Program-made: the position numbers and the translations under genes
NCBI GenBank assembly: GCA_951406725.2
Contig: OX597826.1
Location: forward strand, 59,830,001 to 59,894,000
Direction: 5' to 3'
Source: Octopus vulgaris
Lineage: Eukaryota
DNA: 64,000 nt
Shown: piece by piece, positions 13,660 to 27,480 of the stretch
Layout: each line of letters opens with the position of its first letter
Position numbering within the stretch: position 1 is the first letter of the stretch
The notes under the pieces: generated by a model
What the model saw: only the letters and a program-made list of their open reading frames with translations
Told to the model about the DNA's origin: nothing
Database searches by the model: none

Positions 13660-14135
13660 TACGTGGCCTGATAAATAAGTACCCGTACTATTGCCATAGT
13701 AACGAAGCTAAAGCACGCAGACTGAAGTCAGTGGGCATAGATTGATCTTGAACTCTGCTGTTCTAGTTTATTTCTTCCGAGCAGTGCTTAGAACTAAAGT
13801 GTATAGGGTGTGTTCGTCTCATTGACCATGACAGAGAAAGTTGAGCAGAGAATTTGCATCACATATTCTTTTCTACTCTAGACACAAGGCCCGAAATTTT
13901 AGGGGAGGGAGCCAGTCGATTAGATGGACCTCAGTACACAACTGGTACTTAATCTGTCGATCCCGAAAGGATGATAGGCAAAGTCGACCTCTGAATTTGA
14001 ACTCAGAACGGAAAGACAGACGAAATACCGCTAAGCATTTTGGCCGTCATGCTAACGTTTCCGCCAGCTCACCGCCTTAACCTGCATCACATATTGTCAA
14101 AAGCTTAGTGATACCTGCTCAGAGGCATGCGCAAA
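13660..14135 (+). mobile_element. mariner 5' remnant interrupted by a SINE
   Basis: MTEKVEQRICITY | CQKLSDTCSEACA (EQRICIKFC.KLG motif) is split by the SINE at 13868-14082. Confidence 0.65.
13868..14082 (-). mobile_element. tRNA-derived SINE, family A, with 13-bp TSD
   Basis: Head aaggcggtgagctggcggaaacgttagc..gagttcaaatt (A/B-box-like); TSD tgcatcacatatt at 13855-13867 and 14083-14095. Confidence 0.9.
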
Positions 14136-14638
14136 TTTTCTGAAGAAGTTTCCATCGTTCTTAACACAATGAAGGAGAAAAAGTACAAGTGAAACCCGAG
14201 TGTCTTTTTGGTCAGCTGAAAACAGTTTTGGCACAAACTTGGCAAACACGCGTCTCATATCTAAATCTTCAGCAATAATGGACTGATAATTATTCCATAA
14301 TGCTATGATAATTATTCTACACCCGTACCTGCTTACTTCGAAATGAAGCAGATGTTATTTCTGAATATCCTTCTACTAGAGAGATGATTAAGCAATGACC
14401 AGGGTCTCTCACGTCCAAAAGTTGATTGACCGTTGACTCGACTAAGTTCATCTTTTCTTTAAGGGCTTTTTGTTTTGTCGTCCTGCAGGGTGTCCAACGC
14501 AAACCACTCAACTTGCAAAGGAGGTTTCGTAGGTTTGCCGTATTAGTCGCTAACAGTTCGACTGTGTTACCGGTTGTACAGGGTTACCTGTTACCAAAAT
14601 AACTAACAGCGACCTGAAAATAAATTATGTCTGTGTAT

Positions 14639-14681
<43 letters not shown>

Positions 14682-14702
14682 CATATATACATGTATATTA
14701 AA

Positions 14703-15595
14703 TTAAACACAAAACCGAAAGAATTGCCATGCGATACTTGGACAAGCATATTCATAAAATACGCCATGTATCTGAAAGCAATCTTTTAGGCTCTGTTTAT
14801 GCGTTATATGTATTTTTTTAATACAAAGGCGCTGGATAGTAAGAAAAAAAATAAAATAAAACGTAGAAAAAAGTGAAGTAGGTTGGTACAAAAAATAGAA
14901 CGAGAAAAAAGAAACGAAATGAAGAACTACTATCCTCGTCCTCCCCGATTGCACAAAGCTCACGAGATAAAACTTGTTTTAAACAATATAACAGAAAATA
15001 TGTCAACGTCTACGAGAGACCAACTCAATCCGGAGGGGGTGGCGACCTCTAATTCGATAACAGAAACCTGTCCATATGCCTACACCAGCTAAAAATTTCA
15101 GATCTCGAATTAAGCAGTGTGTTGGAATAGCTGACTCGAAGAAGACTATGGGATATTTCTGCTACGCACAAGTTACATTTCTTAGAGCCATTAACATATA
15201 GCTGGGATTTCTCTACTATTCTCCACCTTATCTTAAGTGGTGTGGAGCGGCTTTTCAAATTCTCAACGTGGCTAGCCAACTTAATTGCATTCCTTTTATC
15301 GATGTGCTAGAAGGAAGACAGATGGTTTACATAACGCCTCTTGAATTCGTCCTCACGTAACCCGATGTAATTCTTTTCAATTTGTGTTGGAACATAGCTG
15401 TAATTTCAGCCTCCTATATGACGGAGATTGTCATACGTACCTGGTCAAGTGGGCAAGCTTCAGGGTATCGACGATTCAAATTAGGAGTGGTCTTTTGGTG
15501 ATTCTTACGAGTTATAATGTTCTTCATACTAGGTTAGCAACTGTATGATAGTTTTATTGAACGTCCGTTAAAACTTTCCTGAAAAGTATTGATCT
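14703..15595 (-). mobile_element. Penelope-like element 3' fragment (GIY-YIG endonuclease pseudogene plus tail)
   Basis: FNGRSIKLSYSC*PSMKNII..CPL....SVI*EAEIT..NYIGLRE.EFKRRYVNHLSSF..IRWRIVEK..Y..GSKKCNLCVAE..LLNSRSEIFSWCRH; contains stops and frameshifts. Confidence 0.85.
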
Positions 15596-16217
15596 ACATT
15601 CACTCACACATAAACACACTAATACACACATACTCGGACACTAACAGACAGACACAGAATTGTGTACAATTATATAAATTTGTATATATTTGTGTTTGTG
15701 AATAAATTCATATGTACATATTTGTTTGTACGAGAGTGTTTTGAATGTATTCTAAATGGAGTTTTGTAACCAATGTGGTTTTGAAAAGGGACGCGATTTT
15801 AATTTTTTTTGTCACGGGTAATCGGTGCAAAATACTACGAGATATTTTTGACGTAAATTTCGAGTTTAAATTAAGAGGAAAACCTTGATGCTATAAGTCA
15901 TATGATGGATTAAAATTTCATGAAATCCTGTTTTTTAAACATCTAATTAAAATTCTAGTTGACTCTGATTAAATCCAACAGCTCGAGGTGAAGAATTACG
16001 AGCGATTCTTTATTAGTGACATCATTTGTAAAAATATAACTAATTATGATATTAAATATTTATAGATAATAAATCGGGTAATTTTCGTTTTATAGAATGA
16101 GGTCTAAAAGTATTTATAAATGTAAATTTATAATTTCTTTTACATTCGTATGTGAAAAGAATGGGGATTTATAACTTCTTATATATATTTATATGTTGTA
16201 CATACTCACCTACACGC

Positions 16218-16274
<57 letters not shown>

Positions 16275-16294
16275 CACATTCATGTGTACACACA

Positions 16295-16510
16295 CGGTGA
16301 CCAGTAAATTTCACCACGGAAAATTCCACCACAGTATATTCCACCACGGTGACCAGTAAATTTACAGAGGTGAAATTGTCATCACTAACATCCACACATC
16401 CAAATTTGTGGAAACTATGCTCTGCCCTTAAAGCTGAGGAAGGATTAAGCCATACAAAAATTGCACACATTCGACATGGGGACTCAAATACAGAAAGAAA
16501 AAAAAAATCA
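16295..16510 (+). mobile_element. MULE/Mutator-like remnant
   Basis: Three ~15-bp subterminal repeats (aaatt(t/c)caccac(g/a)g) next to the peptide HPNLWKLCSALKAEE, similar to the HPNIWKFI..LK.EE C-terminal motif of animal MULE transposases. Confidence 0.5.
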
Positions 16511-16516
16511 AATTAT

Positions 16517-16660
16517 TCTTTTCTACTCTAGGTATAAGGCCCAAAATTTTGGGGGAAGGGGCCAGTGGATTTGAACGACACCAATACGCAACTGGTAATT
16601 AATTTATCGGCCCCGAAAAGATGAAAAGCAAACTCGACCTCGACGGAATTTGAACTCATT
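16517..16660 (-). mobile_element. SINE family A, 5'-truncated
   Basis: Matches 13868-14010 (ttctactctagg.ataaggccc..aaagatgaaaagcaaactcgacctcgacggaatttgaactc). Confidence 0.8.
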
Positions 16661-16741
16661 ATCTGTGGATTTGTGTGGGGTAGTGTGATATGGTATGATG
16701 GTGTGCTGGTGTGTTGTGTGGGGATGTGGAGTTGTGCGTCG

Positions 16742-17105
16742 AGTGCCTTCTACTATAGCTGCGAACCGACATATGACTTTTGATGGGATTTGGTAGACAG
16801 AAACTGAAAGAAGCCCGTCGAGTATATATATATATATATATATATATATTCTTTTCTTGATTTCAGTCATTTGACTGCGGCCATGCTGGAGCACCGCTTT
16901 TAGTCGGAGAATTCTATCTACGCCTCGTACTTACACACACACATACAAAGGGCACCTTTCAAATTCCGTCCACCAAATCCACTCAGAAGGCTTTGGTCGG
17001 CCCGAAGCTACCGAAACTATAGTAGAAAACATTTGCCCGAGGTGCTACGCTGTGGGACTGAACCCTGAACCACGTGGTTGGGAACGAAGCTTCTTACCAC
17101 AGAGC
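16742..17105. mobile_element. two SINE family B fragments in opposite orientation (+ 16742-16822; - 16849-17105) joined at (TA)n
   Basis: Similarity to the 41110-41559 copy. Confidence 0.75.
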
Positions 17106-17650
17106 CCTGTATGTATGTATACATATATATGTATGTTTGCATATGAATGAAAATATTGTGATCATTGGACATAGAAACAACTAATTATTCAACTGTAGGA
17201 CTACACAATACTCTTTCGTAATTAACTTTACAGGTAAAAGGTAAACAATGTCTTCAATGTTTCAGTTTAATCACCGTCACCATTTATACGTGCATATATA
17301 TATGTACGTATACAATACACACACATATACATACACACACATATGTATGTATGTATGTGTTTATGTAAGTATGTATGTATGTATTTATGTATGTATGTGT
17401 GTATGTATGTATTTATGTATGTATGTATATATGTATGCATGTGTAGTATTATGAGTGTGTTTATACAGGTATATCAATAGATCTCTTTTTGGAAAATCGT
17501 GTGTAATCTTGCGTTTTCTGCATTCTGGTTTTCTTGAAGCATTATAGTTCATTTAATCTAGTATACAGTGGTGATAATAAATACATATTATACATTTCAT
17601 AACAATACTATTATTGAGATTTCTTCGAGCGAGAGATAGTTTATATTTTA

Positions 17651-18039
17651 GTGGAGGCGCAATGGCCCAGTGGTTAGGGCAGCGGACTCGCGGTCATAGG
17701 ATCGCGGTTTCGATTCCCAGACTGGGCGTTGTGAATGTTTATTGAGCGAAAACACCTAAAGCTCCACGAGACTCTGGCAGGGGATGGTGGTGATCCCTGC
17801 TGTACTCTTTCACCACAACTTTCTATCACTCTTACTTCCTGTTTCTGTTGTACCTGTATTTCAAGGGGCCGGTCTTGTCACTCTCTGTGTCACGCTGAAT
17901 ATCCCCGAGAACTACGTTAAAGGTACACGTATCTGTGGAGTGCTCAGCCACTTACACGTTAATTTCACGAGCAGGCTGTTCCGTTGATTCGGATCAACCG
18001 GAACCCTCGTCGTCGTAACCGACGGAGTGCTTCCAATCC
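17651..18039 (+). mobile_element. tRNA-derived SINE, head type C, full length, with 13-bp TSD
   Basis: gtggaggcgcaatggcccagtggttagggc (A box) .. ggtttcgattccc (B box); TSD agtttatatttta at 17638-17650 and 18040-18052. Confidence 0.9.
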
Positions 18040-19182
18040 AGTTTATATTTTATTGTTACTACATTTCTTCTGTCAATCAACTACAATTTCGTTTTCGATT
18101 CTCCAAATATGACATAATAACGGTTTATATCAACTGACACTTGGTTGTTCAGTTCTTTTTTTTCTTGTATTTGTCACTTTGTTATGCAATGCAAGTATGA
18201 TCTGTTGACTTGCATTTTAGAGTTATATACTTCGAAAAAAAAAAACGCAACGTAAATTGTTCAAATAATCATAAGTTCCTTCACAAAAGAATTGTTGCAG
18301 GTCATTGAAAATTTTGTCGATTTGCAATATAAATATCACCAACAATTGAACGTGTAATTTACATTTCAGATGTAATGGTTCTTCCACTCAAGATGTGGAT
18401 ATTTTTCGTTGGTTTATTTACGCCAGCATGTATATATATATGTATATATACATACATGTAGGATGTGTGTAAATGCGTATATATACACATAAATGCATAC
18501 ACGTACGTGTATATAGATATAGTTAGTTAGATAGATACATAGATAGATATACTCAGACCTAGACACATACATATATAGACACTGTACACAGATATAAGCA
18601 CACACATATATCCATTCAAATAAACACATATGTTTGTTTTTGTGTGTTTGTTTATCTTTGTGTGCTGTCTGCATCAGCTGCCGTTTACTAAAGATTCATT
18701 TCAATAATTTCGATCTCCAATATCTTCGCTCAGTATTTAAAATAATCGAGTTGTTTCTTGTTGTAGCTATTGTGGAGTTCTCTCGAGTGAAATAACAACT
18801 TTCATGGTTACATGCACTCACTTGAAAATACTGCTTTTTTTGGTGGGGGGGAATTTCTATTTTTTGTCTTCTGCAAAGGTCCTATCTCCATACGTTAGTC
18901 AATGTAGATTCACAGTGGGATCGAATAGAAAGCCTCATGGTTTGGAAGCAAGGCTGCACATTGTCGTGCAAATAAAATATACAGACATACAGAGTCATGC
19001 TCTCTCTCTCTCTCTGATACACACACACACACACACACACATAAACATGTACACACATAAATGCTAGGGAAGAGCAGAAGAGCCCGCAATTGCACCAAAG
19101 CCTTCTTTACATTGGCTACACAACTTGCAACGATTGCATGCTAATGATGGAACTCTTGTATTTATTGTGTCACTGAGAGAAC

Positions 19183-19760
19183 ATGGTCGCGCTGCTAGCT
19201 GTGAGTACCAAGGAAGAACAGAGATATGTGATACGGTTTCGCCGGTCTGAATGCGTATCAAGGGCCGAAATTAATGGCGGGTTTTCAGAACAATACGAGG
19301 GCATCATTTTACTGCGTACTGCATGAGTGGATCGATGGGTTTAAGAATAGCCGAATAACCGTGGAGCACGAAGAGAGAGTAGGTTACCAATCAAGTGCCT
19401 CTACTGACATGAAGATTTAACAAGTTCGTGAGATGATACTGGAGAACCGATGAGTAACCATCGATGGCGTGTCATGTTCTCTGGAAGTTAGTCATGGTTC
19501 TGCGTATGAAATCGCACACAAGTCCCGTTTTAAAAAGGCCATTGCGGGATGGTTTCCTAAACATCTTACCGAAGAACATAAGCGCAATCGTGTGGTGATT
19601 TGACAACGCTTACTTGGCTTCTACAACAACTGAGGCCTAAAAAGAAATGCTAACTGTTTTGGGGTGGGAGAGACAAAAGTGACTATACTGGAACATTGCC
19701 TGGAAGATGGGCTTACCATCACCTTGTAGTCCACAGTGAAAGGTTTGAAATATCTAAATA
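19183..19760 (+). pseudogene. mariner transposase pseudogene (irritans-like), internally deleted
   Basis: MVALLAVSTKEEQRYVIRF..EWIDGFK..EER.G..ENR*VTI..LEVSHGSAYEI..GWFPKHLTEEHKRNRV (WVPR.L motif), then KEMLTVF. Confidence 0.8.
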
Positions 19761-19853
19761 AACAAGCGATGCGCAACCGATGATCTTACAGCAAGAAGAG
19801 TAGCTAATTCTAAAAGCTCGATACGAGGTACAAGTAGAATCTCTACGGAAATA

Positions 19854-20158
19854 CAACGGTTGTTACCAACTGAACGTAGTTGTCCCATACGAAAACACTG
19901 TTACTACTCATTTTAACGCCAGGTCGAACCACGACAAACAACTGACATGTCTAGCAGACAAGTATAACCAATACGAAGAGTTATAACAAGTATATTGATT
20001 CCTGTCAGCGCTAGATGGGAGTTACTCGTTCTCTCGTTTGCAATATAATGTCCGATAGTGTGTCGATAACCAGTTGGAGGAGATGTCCTTTTGCTGTTAA
20101 AAAGAGTAGCAACGGTGTTTCGTATGGAACAACCACGTTGAGATTATAACAACCGTTG
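19854..20158. mobile_element. MITE with ~65-bp imperfect TIRs
   Basis: caacggttgtta..aacgtagttgtcccatacgaaaacactgttactactc versus gagtagcaacggtgtttcgtatggaacaaccacgtt..taacaaccgttg; TA on the left flank. Confidence 0.8.
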
Positions 20159-20352
20159 CTTACACTTTAGAACTAGCTACTTTAGTACACACGCATGCAC
20201 GCACATATTTGTATATATATATATATAAATATATATATATGCATATGCCTGTGTTTGTGCATATATTTATCAATCTATCTGTCTGTAAATACATAGTGTG
20301 TGTGTGCATACACACACACAAATAATATGTGCTTATATATATATATTTATGA

Positions 20353-20425
<73 letters not shown>

Positions 20426-20458
20426 CATGTACATGCATACATATATATACATACACAC

Positions 20459-20493
<35 letters not shown>

Positions 20494-20576
20494 CATACAT
20501 ACATATATACGTATATATACGTATGTATAAATAATTACGTGTGTAAATGTGTTGTGTGATGGTGTGATATATACAT

Positions 20577-20613
<37 letters not shown>

Positions 20614-21474
20614 TGTTTACATACACATACACGTAGATTAATGTGAAGATGTGTAGAAATATAGGGAAACAAGCTAGACAGAAATATGTGTTGCTTAATT
20701 TTATAAGAAAAGATGAAAAATTAAGAACTAGAAATCTAATATATTAAAATATCAGAATAATCAGAAGAATACAAAAAAACGTTATCTATATTTCTTCTGC
20801 TGTGATGCAAAAGGAAATAGAAATAAAAGACCATGAGGTTACAAGGTCGAATTCGATTTATTTACAGATCGATCTGTTTGTAATACACTCGGCGAGCTGG
20901 AAAGTTTAGCAAACAAAATGAACGCTATATTAGTGATGTGTCACCTGATTCACCCCGAAATCAATTCAATCTCGCACCGTGTATAAATGAACGCACAAAC
21001 ACACAAACATGCCGCGCTCAACACATCCGCGCACATATAAGTACAAATACAGCCACATACATGACATGCATAAAATCCACATGCAGATACATGTGCAGAA
21101 GCATGCGGAACACACATTCATACGCAGATATACGCATATTCACATGTACTGTATAGGCATTTCATATCCCCTAAGGGGATTCTGGGAACCTAAGAGCATC
21201 CTTATATATCGGACGAGTCCCGGCAGTAATTCTATGTATGAGTGTTTACATACACCATCACACAGTCAGCCAGACACGCACACAGACATACAACAATGTA
21301 TGCATGAGTGTATGAGTGTATGGGTCTGTGTAAGCATACATGTAAGATTATATGGGAAAGGGCTGTAGCAAAATTTCAAGTGCCAGTATTGAAAAATAAG
21401 TGGAAGAAATTTCCAATAACCACTTGTTTTCTTCTCAAAAAGAGTCCTGCCACTGCATAGGGAGTGTTTTCAGC

Positions 21475-21608
<134 letters not shown>

Positions 21609-21684
21609 ACATATATATATATACATATATATATATGTATATATATGTATATATATATATAAATACATATATATGTGTATATGC

Positions 21685-21742
<58 letters not shown>

Positions 21743-22206
21743 AATATATACACACACACACATAAACACAAGTATATATATAAATATACACACATACACA
21801 CACACACCACATATATATATATGTATATATTGTTGTATGTACGTTTACATCTGTGTGCCTGTACTTGGCATCTGAACGACGATGTAGAGCGAAGTGTAAA
21901 CACGTTAACATGAATTTATTGCCGTCCAGGTAAACATGGTTATTGGGTATTTTCAGATTTGATGTGTAACTGACGATTTAGGGTGTTAATGAATCATGCG
22001 AGACAAAGAGGGTGTAACTAATTGAGATGTTCATACATATATAGGTGTGTGAATGTGTTTGCCTTGTGTGTTAATTATATATGTACAATGTGTATGTGTT
22101 CAGTCATGTATACACACACATACATGAGCGCATAGTTCCGACCCCACCACACACACACATGCACACACAGACACACATACACACACACACACACACATGC
22201 ACACAT

Positions 22207-22240
<34 letters not shown>

Positions 22241-23486
22241 GGTCATACACATATTCACATGTAGTACCAAAGACTACCCTAGTACACATCTAACTATACC
22301 AAAATGCACAATTGCATCCACGAAGGTTACCCGCACACATACAGAATTTCTGTTTCCCTCACACACACACACACACTCTCTCTCTCTCTCTTTCACATGC
22401 AGGCACACACACAATCACTCTCTCTCCCTCTCATACATTCTCACACAAACTCACACGCATACATATACATTCATACGCCTATTAACAGAGCGTCATACAT
22501 ATCTGTTGCTCAGTCAACTGACATATTAATTTACGCTCATTCTACTTCCCCTAACTCTCTGGCCGATTCTATCGAGGATTTAGGTAAGAAATACAAAGTA
22601 AAATTTAGTGAGTATATATAACTTAACAAGCAAAATGTAGAGAATGGTTTCGTTTCTTCTTGCTCGTTGTCACCATTTATACATGTATACATATCCATAT
22701 ACAATGCACGCACACACACATATATACACACTATATTTTTATGTTATCGACGAGTTGAATCCTAAAACATCAAGCCCGTAAGTATTTCTTTAGAAAGAGA
22801 AACCAACACTGTAAAAGACCATCAATTGCGCCACTGTTACAAATTACCAACAAGTGAATGAATTTATTGGTGCACACAGGTAATTTTTAATTCCATGAAG
22901 TTACTACACACCTCCATAGGAGACTTCTCCGATCCACAGGAAGCGTTTGAGGATAATGATCTAAAGTTTTCTCGATCTAGTGAAAAGTGATCAAACCTGC
23001 CTGTATCTACGTTGCCTGGAAATGAAGGATCAGTGCATGAAAATGCGTCAAACCTCTTCCCCCATGGATGAGAATTTCAAGAATTAGTGATCGGCAGAGA
23101 AAGAAATGCCGACTGTTTTGAGGATTAATTGGAGCCCTATTGTTTTTTGGTTTCCTGAAATGTGGCCATCCTATGAATGGCAATAAATACTTTGAGACGC
23201 TAAAAGCAATAATGAAAAAAAAAAAGAAAAACAGAACAAACAATAAAGTGAAAATGATCCGCATTCACCATGACAATTGCGACAATATCAATCTTTGACA
23301 GAACATCAGATAATCGGTAAATTAGGCTGGAGATTTGTCCCTCAACAACCGTACTCTCGAGGTCTGACCCCCTTCTACTTCTGTAGTTAGGAACAATAAA
23401 GGACATTCTTCAAACAAAACGAAAGTGACTTTGTAAGCACAGGAGCTAATTCAAGTTTTGTGGAATAGCATTTTGTTATAGATGTA

Positions 23487-24759
23487 TTAGGTTGTCAAGA
23501 AAGTTCTTGCGGAATGTTTAATTTTGGTTTTAAATCATGTATTTTCAAATTAATTTTCGTTAATTTTCTTCAACTTTATATATCATATTAAAGCTTGTCT
23601 TTCGCCCTATCTCACTGTATGACTCCTGTTCTTTTTAAATAATTAGGCCATTTTTTCCGGAACGTTGAATACAACATGGACAAAAAGCAAATTCGCACAA
23701 TTCTCTTATTCCAGTTCAGGCTAGGCCGAAAAGCTACTGAAACAGCTCGCGATATCAACGATGCTTTTGGCCCAGGAACCACTAGTACAGCACAATGGTG
23801 GTTGAAGAAATTTCGTAGCGGTGACGAGGGTCTTGAATATGATAAGAGTAGTGGTCGGTCATCGGATGTTGACAACGATCAACAAAGAGCCTTAGTGGAA
23901 GCCAATCCACTATTCGAGAGCTTGCTTCTGAATTAGACGTAACGTATATGACAATTTCCCACCACTTGAAAGAGATTAGGAAAACAAAATTACTTGAGAT
24001 TTGGGTGCCGCACGAATTGAACGACAACCAAAAAATCATAAAAACGCCGTTTTGAAGTGTCGTCTTCCCTTCTATTACGTAACAAAAACGACCCGTTTCT
24101 CGACCGGATTTTGATTTGCGATGTAACGTGGATTATTTACGACAACAGGTGACACTCAGCTCAGTGGTTAGACGACAACGAAACTCCACGGCACTTGCCG
24201 AAGCGAAAGCTGTACCAAAAGATTGTCATGGTGACTGGTGGTCTGCAGCCGGTCTCATCCATCACAGCTTTTTGGATCCAGGTGAAACCATTACGGCGGG
24301 GAAGTACTCTCAGCAAATGGATGAAATGCGTAAGTAACTCCGACAACAGGCAGAATTGGTCAATAGAAAAGGACTAATGCTTCTCCACCACAACGCTCGA
24401 TCGCACGTCGCACAACTGAACCTGCAGAAGTTGAACGAATTGGGCTACGAAACTCTGCCTCATCCTCCATACTCACCTGATCTCTCGCCTACAGAATACC
24501 ACCTTTTCAAGCATCACGACAACTTCCTGCGTGAGAAATACTTCAAAAACCAAGACGATGCCAAACACGCCTTCAACGACTTCATCGCCACCAGAACCCA
24601 GGATTTTTACGCTACTGGCATAAATAAACTTGTTTCGCGTTGGCAAAAGTGTGTTGATTCTGATGGTGTTTATTTCGATTAATAAAGTTTTGTTTGAGCC
24701 GAGAGGTGTGCATCTGAATTTAAAGGTTAAAAACCGCAAGAACTTTCTTGACAACCTAA
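23487..24759 (+). mobile_element. full-length mariner transposon (cecropia subfamily, Hsmar1-like), 1273 bp
   Basis: Perfect 26-bp TIRs ttaggttgtcaagaaagttcttgcgg (23487-23512 and 24734-24759), with TA TSDs on both sides. Confidence 0.95.
23676..24682 (+). pseudogene. mariner transposase, frameshifted
   Basis: MDKKQIRTILLFQFRLGRKATETARDINDAFGPGT.., WVPHEL, RILICD, WWSAAGLIH, LLHHNARSH, HPPYSPDLSPTEYHLFKH, WQKCVDSDGVYFD*, spread over several frames. Confidence 0.92.
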
Positions 24760-24871
24760 TAGAATTCCAATAACAACACATTCAATTGAAAATATCAAAT
24801 TCAGTTAATAAAAACAGAATTATGTCTCTTTTTGTATTACATTCTTGGAAACACTTGTATTTAAATACATA

Positions 24872-24911
<40 letters not shown>

Positions 24912-24989
24912 CACACATACATATATACATATATATATATAAATATATACACACATACACAAACACACACACATATATATATATGAGTA

Positions 24990-25620
24990 GAGATTAATGT
25001 AAAAACATTACGAAGGATATGTTATAAATAATCAAGATTATTTATGAATATATCAATGGCCAAACGTTATAATAAAATATAGAGATCAGAAAACGTTTAA
25101 AATTTCGATGAAGTCACTATTATAGCTAAGAGGGTTAAAAAATCCTTACATGTAAAACATAGCAGCCAAAACTGCTAGAAAGCTATTATATCACTCATAT
25201 TTCTCGGTAAAAGCTGTCTTGGGGCGTTATGGCAAATAGTATCCACAACTTGAAATAATTGGCTAATTCCCTATAGCAATTTCGGCATTAGGGACCACTT
25301 AAGGGACCTTTTCTCCTCGTCAGAGGAAATATTCCTATAGATAGAAATCAAAAATATAAAAATAACCTTGGGGCTAGTATGAATACCGACGGGCAATAGA
25401 AATGTTTTCATCTATATCTACACACTTAATACGTGCTCGAGACATGCCCACCCTCATTCACTTCTCATGAGGAATTCCGGAAGGAGCTTCTTGAGACCAC
25501 TGCAGTAACCGGTGGGAAACCGAATTTTTGTATTCCGAAATATTACTATTATATCAGACTATGGGTAATCAATTTATAACGGTTAGTATAGTCCACTCTG
25601 CACTGTGGTGCCATTCAAGA
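24990..25620 (-). mobile_element. degenerate PLE 3' end / pseudo-LTR
   Basis: Traces of EWTIL and CRYR*KH (PLE C-terminus) upstream of an HHR motif; lies between microsatellites; boundaries approximate. Confidence 0.45.
25266..25330 (-). ncRNA. hammerhead ribozyme motif (degenerate stem II)
   Basis: atttcct-CTGACGA-gg...cc-GAAA-ttgcta-TA-gggaat; stem III is one change from the palindrome ATAGCTAT. Confidence 0.55.
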
Positions 25621-25676
25621 CATGTTATATTTTACAAACAATACACAATGCTTCAAGCGAACTACAATACTCTCAT

Positions 25677-25866
<190 letters not shown>

Positions 25867-26573
25867 CACATATATGTATATAAGTTTGAACGTGCATGTG
25901 TGTGTATGAGTCCGTTTCTATCCATAACATATTTAATCTAACTGCAAATCGATTCACATCATGTAACATTTATTTGTTAAGAAGCACTTATGCGGAAGCC
26001 TGCCTTACAGAAGCTACCTAAAACTACAACAACCACCATAGCCCCTGTGCAATGACAAGTCTGACAATAGATTGCTTTAGGTACACACCTATCTTAGTCA
26101 TACAGCACTTCCTAATTTCTATTTCAGGTTGTGGAATATCTGAATTTAATCACCATGGAAACTGAGACAGTTCCTTTAACTAATCATTATATTTACGTTC
26201 AACTACATTATTGTTTTTTTTTTCTTCTTTTAAATGCATATCTCATTAAATAGAGTCGGTCGATAAAAGGCACGAGGTTAGATTGACGATTAGAATGAAA
26301 AACAAAGATCGAAATATTTATAGAAACTGATTAGAGATATGTTCAACGCCATCAATTCATTGCATGAGATATGATAGTCATCAATTCACCGTGAAGAAAG
26401 TTCACCGTGTGGAAAGTTTACCAAGTATCCATGGTATCTTACCATCAATAGTTTTTTTGGAGTTTTTCGTTTTCTCTATTTTTTAAAACTAACCTAGTAA
26501 GTCCTGACTGTCTCATCATAAGGAAAGTCCAATCTTGAGTTTGAGTTGTAGCATTATTATATCGATGATGATT

Positions 26574-26922
26574 GTGAAGGCGCGTGGCTCAGTGGTTAGA
26601 GCATCGAGCTTACGATCGTGAGGTTGTGAGCTCGAATCCCAGACCGGGCTGCGTGTTGTGTTCTTGAGCAAGACACTTTATTTCACGTTGCTCCAGTTCA
26701 CTCAGCTGTAGAAATGAGTTGCGACGTCACAGGTGCCAAGCTGTATCGGCCCTTGCCTTTCCCTTGGACAACATCGGTGACGTGGAGAGGGGAGGCCGGT
26801 ATGCATGGGCGACTGCTGGTCTTCCATAAAACAGCCTTGCCCAGACTTGTGCCTCAGAGGGTAACTCTCTAGGTGCAAACCCATGGTCAGTGTCTGACCG
26901 AAAGGGGTCACCAAAATCACCA
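26574..26922 (+). mobile_element. tRNA-derived SINE, head type D, with TSD
   Basis: gaaggcgcgtggctcagtggttagagc (A box) .. gctcgaatccc (B box), central ttgtgttcttgagcaagacacttta; direct repeat gatgattgtg at 26567-26576 and 26923-26932. Confidence 0.88.
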
Positions 26923-26983
26923 GATGATTGTGCTTATACGTCCTGTGTCAGATTTCAACGGATATATTAGTCTGACTTATATA

Positions 26984-27480
26984 TTAGTCAAAGTTATTTT
27001 TATGTTCCCTAAGGTTTATCCTAGGTTTCCTTGGGACATATGATTCCAACCTTTCTTCTCCCTCTAGTCTTTTTAGTGTTTGAAATCCTTTGTTGTTTAC
27101 ATTAGTTAAGGTGTTGTTGAGTGTATGTTTGCATTTGCTAAGTATGTATTTTCTAATCAAATTATTATATTGTGTGGTGTTTACAATATAAATGTTACAG
27201 ATTTTGTTCGCAGGCACTAGTATTCCGCTTGCATTTTTAAAAGCCTCGAGTACTTTTCAATATCTGTTGGTGTTCGTTGTTCTTTCCTGGTTATTTATAA
27301 AATTTCATGTTCTTTATTGTTTTGTGTAGTTCTTCTTCAAATTGCGTCAGGTATTGAGTTGTTAGTGGGTTTCTCAGGGATTTCAATTCTTTCTTGAGTG
27401 AGTTTTCTTCTTGATATTCCTGTGTGCTCTTATTGTTGTCGTAGAAGAATGCTTTTTATCTTGTTCTTCTTATGAAGAAC
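26984..27480 (-). mobile_element. Penelope-like ORF fragment (N-terminal, pre-RT region)
   Basis: FIRRTR*KAFFY..LKS..P....LTQFEEELHKTIKNMKF..ILVPANK.CNIY....QYNNLI..RINLREHKNNF resembles the PLE FIKRMRWKAFF / VPADKT.N.Y / ITLKDHK.NF motifs. Confidence 0.7.

Noticed and set aside
17651-17730. tRNA-like sequences here and at 26577 and 59663
   Set aside because: They are SINE heads with A/B boxes, bodies and TSDs; no complete cloverleaf.
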